The notes under the pieces were generated by a model, which was given only the letters and a program-made list of their open reading frames with translations, was not told where the DNA came from and did no database searches. A program made the position numbers and the translations under genes. A stretch of 64,000 bases of DNA from contig JAGALS010000059.1 in NCBI GenBank assembly GCA_017625065.1, positions 24,696-88,695 of the forward strand, given 5' to 3'. The DNA comes from Clostridia bacterium. GTDB lineage: Bacteria; Bacillota; Clostridia; Oscillospirales; CAG-272. Of the stretch, positions 10,291 to 18,918 are shown in pieces. Within the stretch, counting starts at the first letter, position 1; each line of letters starts with the position of its first letter.

Positions 10291-10377
10291 TGGTGCGGGT
10301 AAGAGGACTTGAACCTCCACGAAGTTGCCCCCACTAGAACCTGAATCTAGCGCGTCTGCCAATTCCGCCATACCCGC
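10291..10377 (-). tRNA. tRNA-Leu (anticodon CAG), CCA encoded
   Basis: The reverse complement folds as a cloverleaf by hand. It has acceptor GCGGGTA/TACCCGC, anticodon stem CTAGA/TCTAG with loop TTCAGGT, a long variable arm and T-loop GGTTCAAGTCC. Confidence 0.93.
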
Positions 10378-10456
10378 GAATGTTATGAGTGGGTGTGGCG
10401 GAATGGGTCCGCGCATACCCGCAAATGAAAGTTGCTCTTGAAATCGCAACGGTAGT

Positions 10457-10485
10457 ATTATACCATAAAGAATCTCGGTTGTCAA
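10457..10485 (-). promoter_or_regulatory. Promoter for tRNA-Leu
   Basis: On the minus strand: TTGACA (10485-10480), 17 nt, TATAAT (10462-10457). Confidence 0.6.
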
Positions 10486-10565
10486 TAGTATTTTGAAAAA
10501 ATATTGCCCAAAAAATCAATGAAATTTTTCTTGCTTTTGCAGCGGAGTCTTGCTTTGAAAAGAGA

Positions 10566-10616
10566 AGAAAAAGCCTCACCGTGTCGCGAAAAATGCAACA
10601 CGGTGAGGCGTTTTTG
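10566..10616. terminator. Intrinsic terminator downstream of typA (usable in both directions)
   Basis: GCCTCACCGTGT ... ACACGGTGAGGC stem flanked by A-runs and T-runs. Confidence 0.75.
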
Positions 10617-10626
10617 TTCAATTTTG

Positions 10627-12465
10627 TTATTTTTGCTGCATTGCGCGGCGGATGCGCATCGTTTCCTTCATACGAAGCTCGGTATTCAAAATCTTTTTGC
10701 GAAGGCGAATGGACTTCGGCGTAACCTCGATCAGCTCGTCGTCGGTGATGAACTCGATCGCCTCTTCAAGCGAGAAGACCACGGGGGGCGTGAGCAGCAG
10801 CTTTTCGTCCGCGCCCTTGGAGCGGATCGCAGTCAGCTTCTTTTCGTCGCAGGGGTTCAGCGCAATGTCGTCGTTCTTGGGGTTCTCGCCCACGATCATA
10901 CCCTCGTAGACCTCGGTCTGGGGACCCACGAACATATTGCCGCGCTCCTGGCAATGGAACAGACCGTAACGGGTCGTAACGCCCGCCTTGGATGCGACAA
11001 GCGCGCCTGTAAAGCGCATCGGGATCTCTCCGCGGTAGGGCTGATAGCTATCAAAAATGGTGTTGATCACGCCCTCACCGTGGGTGGCGGTCATAAACTC
11101 GGAGCGATAGCCGATCAGGCAGCGCGAGGGGATCAGATACTCAATACGGGTACGGTCGCCGACAGGGTTCATTTCAAGCAGATCGCCCTTACGTTGTCCT
11201 AATTTTTCGACAACGGGGCCGACAAATTCCATCGGAACGTCCAAGAGCACCTTCTCCATAGGCTCGCATTTCACGCCGTCGATCTCCTTGAACAGCACAC
11301 GGGGATTGGAGCAGCAAAGCTCGTAGCCCTCACGGCGCATATTCTCGATCAGGATCGAAAGGTGCATTTCGCCGCGCCCTGCGACCTGGAACTCATCCGT
11401 GGTCTCGCCGTCCGAAACGCGCAGCGACATATCGCGCAACGTTTCGCGGTAAAGGCGCTCACGGAGCTGACGGGAGGTGACAAATTTGCCTTCCTTGCCC
11501 GCAAGAGGGCTGGTGTTGACGGCAAAGGTCATTTCCATCGTGGGCTCGCTGACCTTCACGAATTCCAAAGGCTCGGGGCAGGTGGTGGAGGTCACGGTAT
11601 CACCAATGGTGATGTCGCCGGCGCCCGAGAAGCAAACGATATCGCCCATTTTGGCACTTTCCACGGGCACACGGGTAAGACCGTCGATCTGATAGATCGA
11701 AACGATCTTGGTGAGCTTGGGAGTCTCGTCGGAGTGGTAGTTGCAGACCATTGCGTTCTGGTTCTGCTTCAGCACGCCGCGCTCGATGCGACCGATACCG
11801 ATGCGACCCACGTAATCATTGTAGTCGATTGAGGAAACAAGAAGCTGCAGCTCGCCCTCCTCGTCGCCCTCGGGCGCAGGGATATAATCAAGAATGGTGT
11901 CAAAGACAGGGGTGAGATCCACGCCCTCCTCGTCAGCCGAGCGCGATGCGGTGCCGGCACGACCCGAGCAGTAAAGCATCGGGCTATCCAGCTGCTCATC
12001 GGTGGCGTTGAGGTCCATCAAAAGCTCAAGCACCTCGTCCTCGACCTCGCCAAGACGTGCATCGGGCTTGTCGATCTTGTTTATGACCACGATCACGCGA
12101 TGGTTGAGCTCCAAAGCCTTTTGCAGCACGAAGCGCGTCTGGGGCATGGGACCCTCGGCGGCATCCACCAAAAGGATAACGCCGTTGACCATCTTCAGAA
12201 TGCGCTCCACCTCACCGCCAAAGTCGGCGTGTCCGGGGGTGTCAACAATATTGATCTTTACATCCTTGTAATGAACCGCGGTGTTCTTTGCAAGAATGGT
12301 GATGCCTCTTTCCTTTTCAATGTCGCCCGAGTCCATCACGCGGGTGACGGTCTCTTGATTTTCACGGTAGATGCCGCCTTGCTTGAGCAGCTGATCCACC
12401 AGGGTGGTCTTGCCGTGGTCAACGTGCGCGATGATGGCAACGTTGCGAAGATCCTCTCTTACCAT
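10627..12465 (-). CDS. typA: Translational GTPase TypA/BipA
   Basis: AIIAHVDHGKTTL and DTPGHADF G-motifs, with the EF-G-like domain order. The start is set at MVREDLRN (ATG 12465), which has a GAGAGG RBS. Confidence 0.93.
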   Translation of the reverse strand: MVREDLRNVAIIAHVDHGKTTLVDQLLKQGGIYRENQETVTRVMDSGDIEKERGITILAKNTAVHYKDVKINIVDTPGHADFGGEVERILKMVNGVILLVDAAEGPMPQTRFVLQKALELNHRVIVVINKIDKPDARLGEVEDEVLELLMDLNATDEQLDSPMLYCSGRAGTASRSADEEGVDLTPVFDTILDYIPAPEGDEEGELQLLVSSIDYNDYVGRIGIGRIERGVLKQNQNAMVCNYHSDETPKLTKIVSIYQIDGLTRVPVESAKMGDIVCFSGAGDITIGDTVTSTTCPEPLEFVKVSEPTMEMTFAVNTSPLAGKEGKFVTSRQLRERLYRETLRDMSLRVSDGETTDEFQVAGRGEMHLSILIENMRREGYELCCSNPRVLFKEIDGVKCEPMEKVLLDVPMEFVGPVVEKLGQRKGDLLEMNPVGDRTRIEYLIPSRCLIGYRSEFMTATHGEGVINTIFDSYQPYRGEIPMRFTGALVASKAGVTTRYGLFHCQERGNMFVGPQTEVYEGMIVGENPKNDDIALNPCDEKKLTAIRSKGADEKLLLTPPVVFSLEEAIEFITDDELIEVTPKSIRLRKKILNTELRMKETMRIRRAMQQK

Positions 12466-12509
12466 ATTTTTACCTCTCATTTTCAACGTAAGCATAACAT
12501 AACTTCATT

Positions 12510-12538
12510 ATTATATCACTTTTTTTGTCGTTTGCCAA
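12510..12538 (-). promoter_or_regulatory. Candidate typA promoter
   Basis: On the minus strand: TTGGCA, 17 nt, TATAAT. Confidence 0.5.
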
Positions 12539-12646
12539 TAGGAAGAGCGACGATTTTTGAAAAAAGAGTGCATATTTTCTTGTGGTGTTTGACAAAAGGA
12601 GATAAATGTAAATAAAAAAGGATTTGAAATGAGAAAGATTAATTTG

Positions 12647-12850
12647 TTATTTTTTGTTCTCACGCTCGAAAATATAATCAAGGGAGACGCTGTAATAATC
12701 GGCTAACTTGACAAGATGCTCTAAAGGAATGTTTTGAAAGCCGCGCTCATATCTGGAATAAACAGTTTGTTGAATGCCCAAAAGAGAAGCAATGTCTTCT
12801 TGCTTTAAGTCGTGATCTTCGCGTAAATCGCGCAATCTCTTCAAATACAT
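12647..12850 (-). CDS. XRE-family HTH transcriptional regulator (67 aa)
   Basis: Typical Cro/C1 HTH (LKQEDIASLLGIQQTVYSRYERG); lies in an AT-rich island. Confidence 0.8.
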   Translation of the reverse strand: MYLKRLRDLREDHDLKQEDIASLLGIQQTVYSRYERGFQNIPLEHLVKLADYYSVSLDYIFERENKK

Positions 12851-12861
12851 AAATTTCCTCC

Positions 12862-12881
12862 ATAGTACATGATGGTACTAT
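12862..12881. promoter_or_regulatory. Operator-like palindrome O1 (ATAGTAC-N6-GTACTAT)
   Basis: Perfect 7-bp arms. It abuts the -35 of the plus-strand promoter and the RBS region of the minus-strand XRE gene. Confidence 0.6.
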
Positions 12882-12909
12882 TGACAATAACACAAAAAAA
12901 CGCTATAAT
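12881..12909 (+). promoter_or_regulatory. Consensus sigma-70 promoter for the second XRE-like gene
   Basis: TTGACA (12881-12886), 17 nt, TATAAT (12904-12909). Confidence 0.65.
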
Positions 12910-12916
12910 GTAAATA

Positions 12917-12934
12917 TAGTACCAAAGAGTACTA
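12917..12934. promoter_or_regulatory. Operator-like palindrome O2 (TAGTAC-N6-GTACTA)
   Basis: Uses the same half-site as O1 and lies between the -10 element and the RBS of the plus-strand gene. Confidence 0.6.
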
Positions 12935-12950
12935 GAAAGGAAGGGAAAGT

Positions 12951-13202
12951 ATGAAATTGAAAATTAAAGAAGATGTTTTTGCGTTTTGCCAAAACATAAA
13001 ACAATTAAGAAAAATGTATTGCTTGTCTCAAAAAGAGATGGCGGATAAATTAAAAATATCGAAAGGAGAACTTGAAAGAATAGAGAACGGTTTCTTGCCG
13101 GAGTCTGTTACCGTGGAATTGCTATTCCAAGTTCAAAAGAATTTTGCAGTTCGTCCCCAAGAGTTGTTTGAGGATTTAAAAAGTAAAGCGCCCATCAAGT
13201 AG
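12951..13202 (+). CDS. XRE-like HTH protein (83 aa)
   Basis: HTH-like LSQKEMADKLKISKGELERIENG with a good RBS (GAAAGGAAGG). Confidence 0.7.
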   Translation: MKLKIKEDVFAFCQNIKQLRKMYCLSQKEMADKLKISKGELERIENGFLPESVTVELLFQVQKNFAVRPQELFEDLKSKAPIK

Positions 13203-13298
13203 ATGAACGCTTTTTGCAAAAATCAATTTTAAATTTTTAAAAAAATAGAATATTTTTGTTGGAATTTGGAAAATTATTGGATTTAATTTGGAAATGCG

Positions 13299-15296
13299 TC
13301 AAATATCCGCATCTTTGATATATTTACTGCCGTTTTCTGCGATGAAGACCTTACGCTCGGCAAGGTTGTCGCCCATCAATACGTCAAACATATACTCGGT
13401 GCGCTCCACGTCCGCGGGCTCCACCGAGATCAGACGTCTTGTGGCGGGGTTCATGGTGGTTTGCCACATCATTTCGGGTTCGTTTTCACCAAGACCCTTG
13501 GAGCGCTGCAGGGTGTACTTTTTGCCCTCCAGCTTTTTGAGGATCTCTGCCTTCTCAAATTCATCGTAAGCAAAGAAGGTCTCGTCCTTTGTGGTGATCT
13601 CAAACAGGGGGGATTCGGCAATAAAGACTTTCTTTTCCTTGAGTAGTGTGGGCAGCAGTCGGTAAAAGAGTGTCAGCAACAGGGTGCGGATCTGGAAGCC
13701 GTCCTCGTCGGCATCGGTACAGATGATGATCTTCGACCATCGGAGTTGATTCAGATCAAATTTGTTCAGATCCCCCTTGATCTTACCCTCGATCTCCACG
13801 CCGCAGCCGATCACGCGCAAGAGGTCCGTGATGATGTCGTTTTTGAAGATGCGGTCGTAGGTCGCCTTCACACAGTTCAGCGTCTTACCGCGAACGGGGA
13901 TGATCGCTTGGAATTCGGCGGCGCGTCCCAATTTACACGAGGACAGTGCCGAATCGCCCTCCACGATATAGAGCTCGCGTACGTCGGGATCCTTGGAACG
14001 GCAGTTGACAAACTTTTCCACGCGGTTGGCAATGTCAATGGTGCCTGTCAGCTTTTTCTTGATCTCAATTCTTGCTTTGTCGGCGTTTTCGCGAGAGCGC
14101 TTGTTGATCAGCACCTGATTGGCAAAGACTTCTGCCTCGACGGGGTGCTCGGTCAGATAGAAGTTAAGCTGCTCGCGAATGAATTCGCGTAATGCGGTTT
14201 CGATGAAACTGTTGGAAATTGATTTCTTTGTCTGATTTTCATAAGAGGTCATCGTGGAAAAGCTGTTGATGATAAGGAACAGACAGTCCTGCACGTCCTC
14301 GAACGTGATGCCTTTTTCTCCCTTTTTGTATTTGCCGTGATTTTTTAAATAGTTGTCCAGCACGTACTTGAATGCATCGCGCACTGCCTTATCGGGTGAA
14401 CCACCATATTCCAGATAACTTGAGTTGTGATAATATTCACACGCCGTTACGGTGTTGGAAACGCAGAAATAAACATCTGCCTTGAATTTGTATTCGGGGC
14501 GATCCTTTTTGTCACGGCCACGTGTTTCCAAATGCCAGGTGGCAAGGTCGGTACGGGCAGAATCGCCCACACGTTCATTGATATAACTGTGAATACCGTG
14601 CTCGTAATAAAAGGTTGTTTCTTCAAATTTTCCGTCGCTCTGCTCTAACCGCAGTACGAACTTGATGCCTGCGTTGACCACTGACTGACGGTACATAATG
14701 TCAGAAAAGAAGGCGTGGGGGATCTCAACATCGGTAAAGACTTCGCGGTCAGGTCGCCAACGGATCACCGTGCCCGTGCGGCGTTCCTTTTTTTCTAAAG
14801 GACGGGAGGTCAGTTCGGTGACTGGCTCACCTTTTTTAAAGGAGATGCTATGCTCTTGTTTCCCGTCGTAGGAGCGCACGTCCATATATTCGGAGGAGTA
14901 TTGCGTCGCGCATGCACCAAGACCGTTGAGACCGAGCGAATATTCGTAAGCGCTGCCTTCGTCGTTGTTGTTGTATTTACCTCCGGCGTAAAGCTCGCAG
15001 AAGATCAGATCCCAGTTCCAGCGATTTTCTTTTTTGTTAAAGCCCAGCGGCACACCACGGCCGTGGTCGTCCACCTCAATGGAGAAATCCTTGAAGACAG
15101 TGACGGTGATGATATCGCCATAGCCCTCACGTGCCTCGTCCACCGAGTTGGAAAGGATTTCGAAAAAGGAATGCTGACAACCGACCAACGTGTCGGTGCC
15201 AAAAATAACGCTTGGCCTTAAGCGCACACGGTCGGCGCCCTTCAGGGCTGTAATACTCGCATTACCGTAGGATTTTGATGTGTTTTTTTCAGCCAT
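13299..15296 (-). CDS. Type IIA DNA topoisomerase subunit B (divergent GyrB/ParE-like)
   Basis: GHKL ATPase motifs (EILSNSVDEA, GLNGLGA), Toprim EGDSA, and the DADEDG acidic cluster. No A-subunit gene lies next to it. Confidence 0.88.
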   Translation of the reverse strand: MAEKNTSKSYGNASITALKGADRVRLRPSVIFGTDTLVGCQHSFFEILSNSVDEAREGYGDIITVTVFKDFSIEVDDHGRGVPLGFNKKENRWNWDLIFCELYAGGKYNNNDEGSAYEYSLGLNGLGACATQYSSEYMDVRSYDGKQEHSISFKKGEPVTELTSRPLEKKERRTGTVIRWRPDREVFTDVEIPHAFFSDIMYRQSVVNAGIKFVLRLEQSDGKFEETTFYYEHGIHSYINERVGDSARTDLATWHLETRGRDKKDRPEYKFKADVYFCVSNTVTACEYYHNSSYLEYGGSPDKAVRDAFKYVLDNYLKNHGKYKKGEKGITFEDVQDCLFLIINSFSTMTSYENQTKKSISNSFIETALREFIREQLNFYLTEHPVEAEVFANQVLINKRSRENADKARIEIKKKLTGTIDIANRVEKFVNCRSKDPDVRELYIVEGDSALSSCKLGRAAEFQAIIPVRGKTLNCVKATYDRIFKNDIITDLLRVIGCGVEIEGKIKGDLNKFDLNQLRWSKIIICTDADEDGFQIRTLLLTLFYRLLPTLLKEKKVFIAESPLFEITTKDETFFAYDEFEKAEILKKLEGKKYTLQRSKGLGENEPEMMWQTTMNPATRRLISVEPADVERTEYMFDVLMGDNLAERKVFIAENGSKYIKDADI

Positions 15297-15417
15297 TTTG
15301 ATCTCCCTAAATCATACATTTTGTGTCTGTCTATCACTTTATTATACCATATATTGCGGATTTTGTAAAGTACAGCGAACATTTTTTTGAACAAAAAACA
15401 AAAAATCGCGAAAATGC

Positions 15418-15446
15418 TTGCACGAAAGGAAGCAAATGGGTATAAT
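15418..15446 (+). promoter_or_regulatory. Candidate murD promoter
   Basis: TTGCAC, 17 nt, TATAAT. Confidence 0.5.
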
Positions 15447-15483
15447 ATACTATGGATAATCTTATTTCATATGAGGTGTCCAA

Positions 15484-16785
15484 ATGTGTGAATTTGAAAA
15501 GGGCTTGTCGGTCGCCGTTTTGGGCTTTGGTCGCGCAGGTCGCGCCGCCGCGGATTTTTTGCTCGCGCGCGGAGCAAAGATTACCGTGTATGCGGAGCAA
15601 GTGCCCGAAAGGGGACTTGCCGACTACCGCGCGCAGGGTGTTGATTTCTGTTTTGGGGAGTTTCCAAGCTGCTTTAAAGAGCGACTTTTGGTGCGCTCGC
15701 CCGGCATCCGCCCCGACGTTCCTGCCATTTTGCGCTCTCTTGCGAACGGAGCGATGCTGACAAGCGAGACCGAGCTCTTTTTTGAACACTGTCCCGCCCG
15801 TGTTATCGGTGTAACGGGCAGTGACGGCAAGACCACTACCGCCAATCTGATCGCCGCGCTGCTTCGCGGTGCAGGACATACCGTACACCTTGGCGGTAAC
15901 AACGGCACACCGCTTTTGCCGACGGTCGATCGGATGAAAAAAAGCGATTTTGCCGTGGTGGAGCTCTCCAGCTTTCAGCTCATGACCCTTGACCGTTCCC
16001 CAGAGATCGCCGTGATCACCAATATCACGCCAAATCACTTGAATTGGCACACCGACATGAACGAATATATCGCCGCAAAGTGCCGCATTTTTAAAAGTGG
16101 CACACAACGGCTGATCTTAAACGAAAATAGCGACATTTTGCAAGAAATTGCGAAACGGGTATCGATTTCTGTGACTTTTTTCTCGGCAAACGAATGTGAA
16201 CTGTGCCTTTTTGAAGCGGGAACAGAACAACGCTTGTCCGTTCCCGATACCTTTTTGCTACCCGGACAGCATAATCGCGAAAACCTTGCCGCCGCCTATG
16301 CCGCGGTAAGGGGATTTGTCACGCCGAAAGTGATGCAAACGGCGCTTACGGATTTTCGCGGCGTGCCGCACCGTTTGCAATATATCGATACCGTTGCGGG
16401 GGTAAATTACTATAATAGCTCGATCGACACCTCTCCCACGCGTACCGTTGCCGCGCTTTCTGCGATCGGAGGTCACCCCTTGGTGATCGTCGGGGGAAGA
16501 GGGAAGGGGGTATCCTTCGCACCTGTTGCAGATGCCCTTGCCGCGCACGCGCGTGCGGTGTTTCTCTACGGAGAAGCCGCAAGCGAGATCGAAACTGCAG
16601 TTGCCGGCAGAGTGCCGACACACCGCTTTACGGAATTTTCGTTGGCTTTCGATGCCGCCGCCCGAATGGCAAAAAGCGGCGATACGGTGCTATTATCTCC
16701 CGCTTGTACCGCCTTCGACCAATTCCGCGATTTTGAACAGCGTGGTGACTTTTTTTGCACATTAGTCAAGAATTTAAAGCAATAA
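15484..16785 (+). CDS. murD: UDP-N-acetylmuramoylalanine--D-glutamate ligase
   Basis: N-terminal Rossmann motif GFGRAGRA and Mur ligase P-loop GVTGSDGKTTT; 433 aa. Confidence 0.9.
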   Translation: MCEFEKGLSVAVLGFGRAGRAAADFLLARGAKITVYAEQVPERGLADYRAQGVDFCFGEFPSCFKERLLVRSPGIRPDVPAILRSLANGAMLTSETELFFEHCPARVIGVTGSDGKTTTANLIAALLRGAGHTVHLGGNNGTPLLPTVDRMKKSDFAVVELSSFQLMTLDRSPEIAVITNITPNHLNWHTDMNEYIAAKCRIFKSGTQRLILNENSDILQEIAKRVSISVTFFSANECELCLFEAGTEQRLSVPDTFLLPGQHNRENLAAAYAAVRGFVTPKVMQTALTDFRGVPHRLQYIDTVAGVNYYNSSIDTSPTRTVAALSAIGGHPLVIVGGRGKGVSFAPVADALAAHARAVFLYGEAASEIETAVAGRVPTHRFTEFSLAFDAAARMAKSGDTVLLSPACTAFDQFRDFEQRGDFFCTLVKNLKQ

Positions 16786-16819
16786 ATTCGTTGCTTTAAG
16801 AAAACAGAAAGGAACTGAA

Positions 16820-17863
16820 ATGTTGGAACTGCGCGAACTGATCCCCGCGATGGCGGGGCTGATGAGCATCACGGGGTATGAGACCTATGATGCCGACAAA
16901 CTGACCTCCTTGATGCAGGGCTTTGACGAAGAGATCACCGACGCCGTGGGCAATCGCGTTTTTATTCGTCGTTGCGGCCGTGAAAACGCCCCCAAAATTT
17001 TGATCGACACCCATTTTGATGAGATCGGCATGTACGTATCCGAGATCTGCGAGCAGGGCTTTCTCAAGGTCGAGCCCGTGGGCGGCTTGGACACCCGCAC
17101 ACTTCCTTCCGCAGACGTGAGGATCTACGGCAAAGAGGTGCTGGAGGGCGTGGTCGCTTCTACGCCGCCTCATCTGAAGAAAAAAGAGGAAGAAGAAAAG
17201 GTGACCCCCGTGCGCGAGCTGTTGGTCGATACGGGATACCCTACAGACGAGCTGAAAGAGCTTGTGCGTGTCGGCACGCCCGTCGGCTTTGCACCGCGCT
17301 ATACGTGGCTGCAAAACGACCGTCTTGTGGGCAAGGGACTTGATAATAAAGCGTGCTGCGCCATTGCGGCGCACGCCCTGCGTGACATTCCCGCAGCCGA
17401 GCTTGCGGGCGATGTGTATCTGCTCTTTGCCGTGCATGAGGAGACCGACCGCGTGGGCGGCACAGCCGTTGGCGGTTTTGCGATCGACCCCGATTACGCG
17501 ATGGTGATCGACGTCAATATCGGACATGCCCCGGGTAGCAAGGAAATCGGCACGGTTGAAATGGCAAAGGGCCCCTCGATCTGCCGCAGCGCCATCACCG
17601 ACCGCACCTTGACGAAGATGACCGAGGCACTTTGTGATAAAAATGAGATACCGTGGCAGCGCTGTGTTGACGCAGTCTCCACGGGAACCGATACCGTTTC
17701 GCTTCATTTGGTGGGAAAAGGGATTCCAGTTGTGGACGTTGGACTGCCTTTGCGCGCGATGCACACGTACGTGGAGCTGTTGGATATGGCCGATGCCGAG
17801 CATCTGGCGGCACTGGTCCGCGCCTTTGTGTGCGATAAAGAGATCGGGGAGGTGTTCCAATGA
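16820..17863 (+). CDS. M42-family metallopeptidase (TET/FrvX/YsdC-like), paralog 1
   Basis: HFDEIGMY motif and the VHEETDRVGG catalytic region. Confidence 0.85.
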   Translation: MLELRELIPAMAGLMSITGYETYDADKLTSLMQGFDEEITDAVGNRVFIRRCGRENAPKILIDTHFDEIGMYVSEICEQGFLKVEPVGGLDTRTLPSADVRIYGKEVLEGVVASTPPHLKKKEEEEKVTPVRELLVDTGYPTDELKELVRVGTPVGFAPRYTWLQNDRLVGKGLDNKACCAIAAHALRDIPAAELAGDVYLLFAVHEETDRVGGTAVGGFAIDPDYAMVIDVNIGHAPGSKEIGTVEMAKGPSICRSAITDRTLTKMTEALCDKNEIPWQRCVDAVSTGTDTVSLHLVGKGIPVVDVGLPLRAMHTYVELLDMADAEHLAALVRAFVCDKEIGEVFQ

Positions 17864-18918
17864 AAAGCGGCATTGAGCTGATCGAAAAATTAGCATTGTG
17901 CTTTGGACCGACCTCCTGCGAGGGCGAGGTCGAAGCAGCCATTCGTGAGGAGCTTGCGGGCACCTCCGCTGTGCTTGCAACCGACCGTATGGGAAACCTT
18001 ACAGCACACCTTCCGGGTAAAGAAAATTGCCCACGTATCCTGCTTTCCGCGCACATGGACGAGGTGGGCTTCATGATCACCCACATTGAAGATAAGGGTT
18101 ATCTTCGCTTTGATACGCTGGGCGGTATCAACACGGGGGTGCTTTCGGGCAGAGCCGTCACACTTGGGGATGAGACCAAACGCATCAGTGGCGTGATCGC
18201 GGCAAAGGGCATCCATCAGCAAAGCGCAAAGGAGCGCGAAAAGCTGCCGAAGCTCGAAGATCTTTATATCGATATCGGTACAAGCAGTCGCGAGGAGACC
18301 GAAGCATTGCTCTCTCTTGGAGATTTCGGCACCTTCGACACCCCCTTCAGCTGTTTTGGCAAGGACGGGGCGTATATCAAAGGTAAAGCGCTTGACGACC
18401 GTATGGGGTGCGCCATTCTCATTGAGGTGTTGCGCGCGCTTGACGGCAAGGATCTGCCGCTGGATCTGTGGTTTGGCTTTACCGTGCGGGAAGAGATCGG
18501 CAAATCGGGCGCAGCGGTGAGCGCAAACCGCATTGCCCCTGACTGTGCCATTGTTCTGGAGGCCACAGCGATCGCCGACGTGGCGGGTGTCGATCCCGCT
18601 TGCCGTGTGGCGACGGTGGGGGAGGGCGGCGTGATCTCGCTTCTCGATCGCTCCACCATTTACGACCGTGAACTTGTGGACTTTGCGCTTGCAACCGGCA
18701 AAAAGCATGACATTCCCGTACAGGTCAAGCGCTACGTTTCGGGCGGTAACGACGCCGCGCACATTCAGCGCAGTGGCATCGGCGTGCGGTGCTTGGCGCT
18801 TTCCGCACCCACTCGCTATCTGCACGCGCCCGTGTCTGTCGCGTCGATCAAGGATTATGAAAGTATGGTCGCACTTGTCATCGCAATGCTGTGCGATTGG
18901 AAGGAAGGAAACAAATGA
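17860..18918 (+). CDS. M42-family metallopeptidase, paralog 2
   Basis: HMDEVGFMI, DDRMGCA and TVREEIG motifs. It overlaps paralog 1 by 4 nt. Confidence 0.85.
   Translation: MKSGIELIEKLALCFGPTSCEGEVEAAIREELAGTSAVLATDRMGNLTAHLPGKENCPRILLSAHMDEVGFMITHIEDKGYLRFDTLGGINTGVLSGRAVTLGDETKRISGVIAAKGIHQQSAKEREKLPKLEDLYIDIGTSSREETEALLSLGDFGTFDTPFSCFGKDGAYIKGKALDDRMGCAILIEVLRALDGKDLPLDLWFGFTVREEIGKSGAAVSANRIAPDCAIVLEATAIADVAGVDPACRVATVGEGGVISLLDRSTIYDRELVDFALATGKKHDIPVQVKRYVSGGNDAAHIQRSGIGVRCLALSAPTRYLHAPVSVASIKDYESMVALVIAMLCDWKEGNK

Noticed and set aside
10150-10621. ORFs of 95-111 aa overlapping tRNA-Leu and its leader
   Set aside because: They run through a well-folded tRNA gene and its promoter, and they have no RBS.
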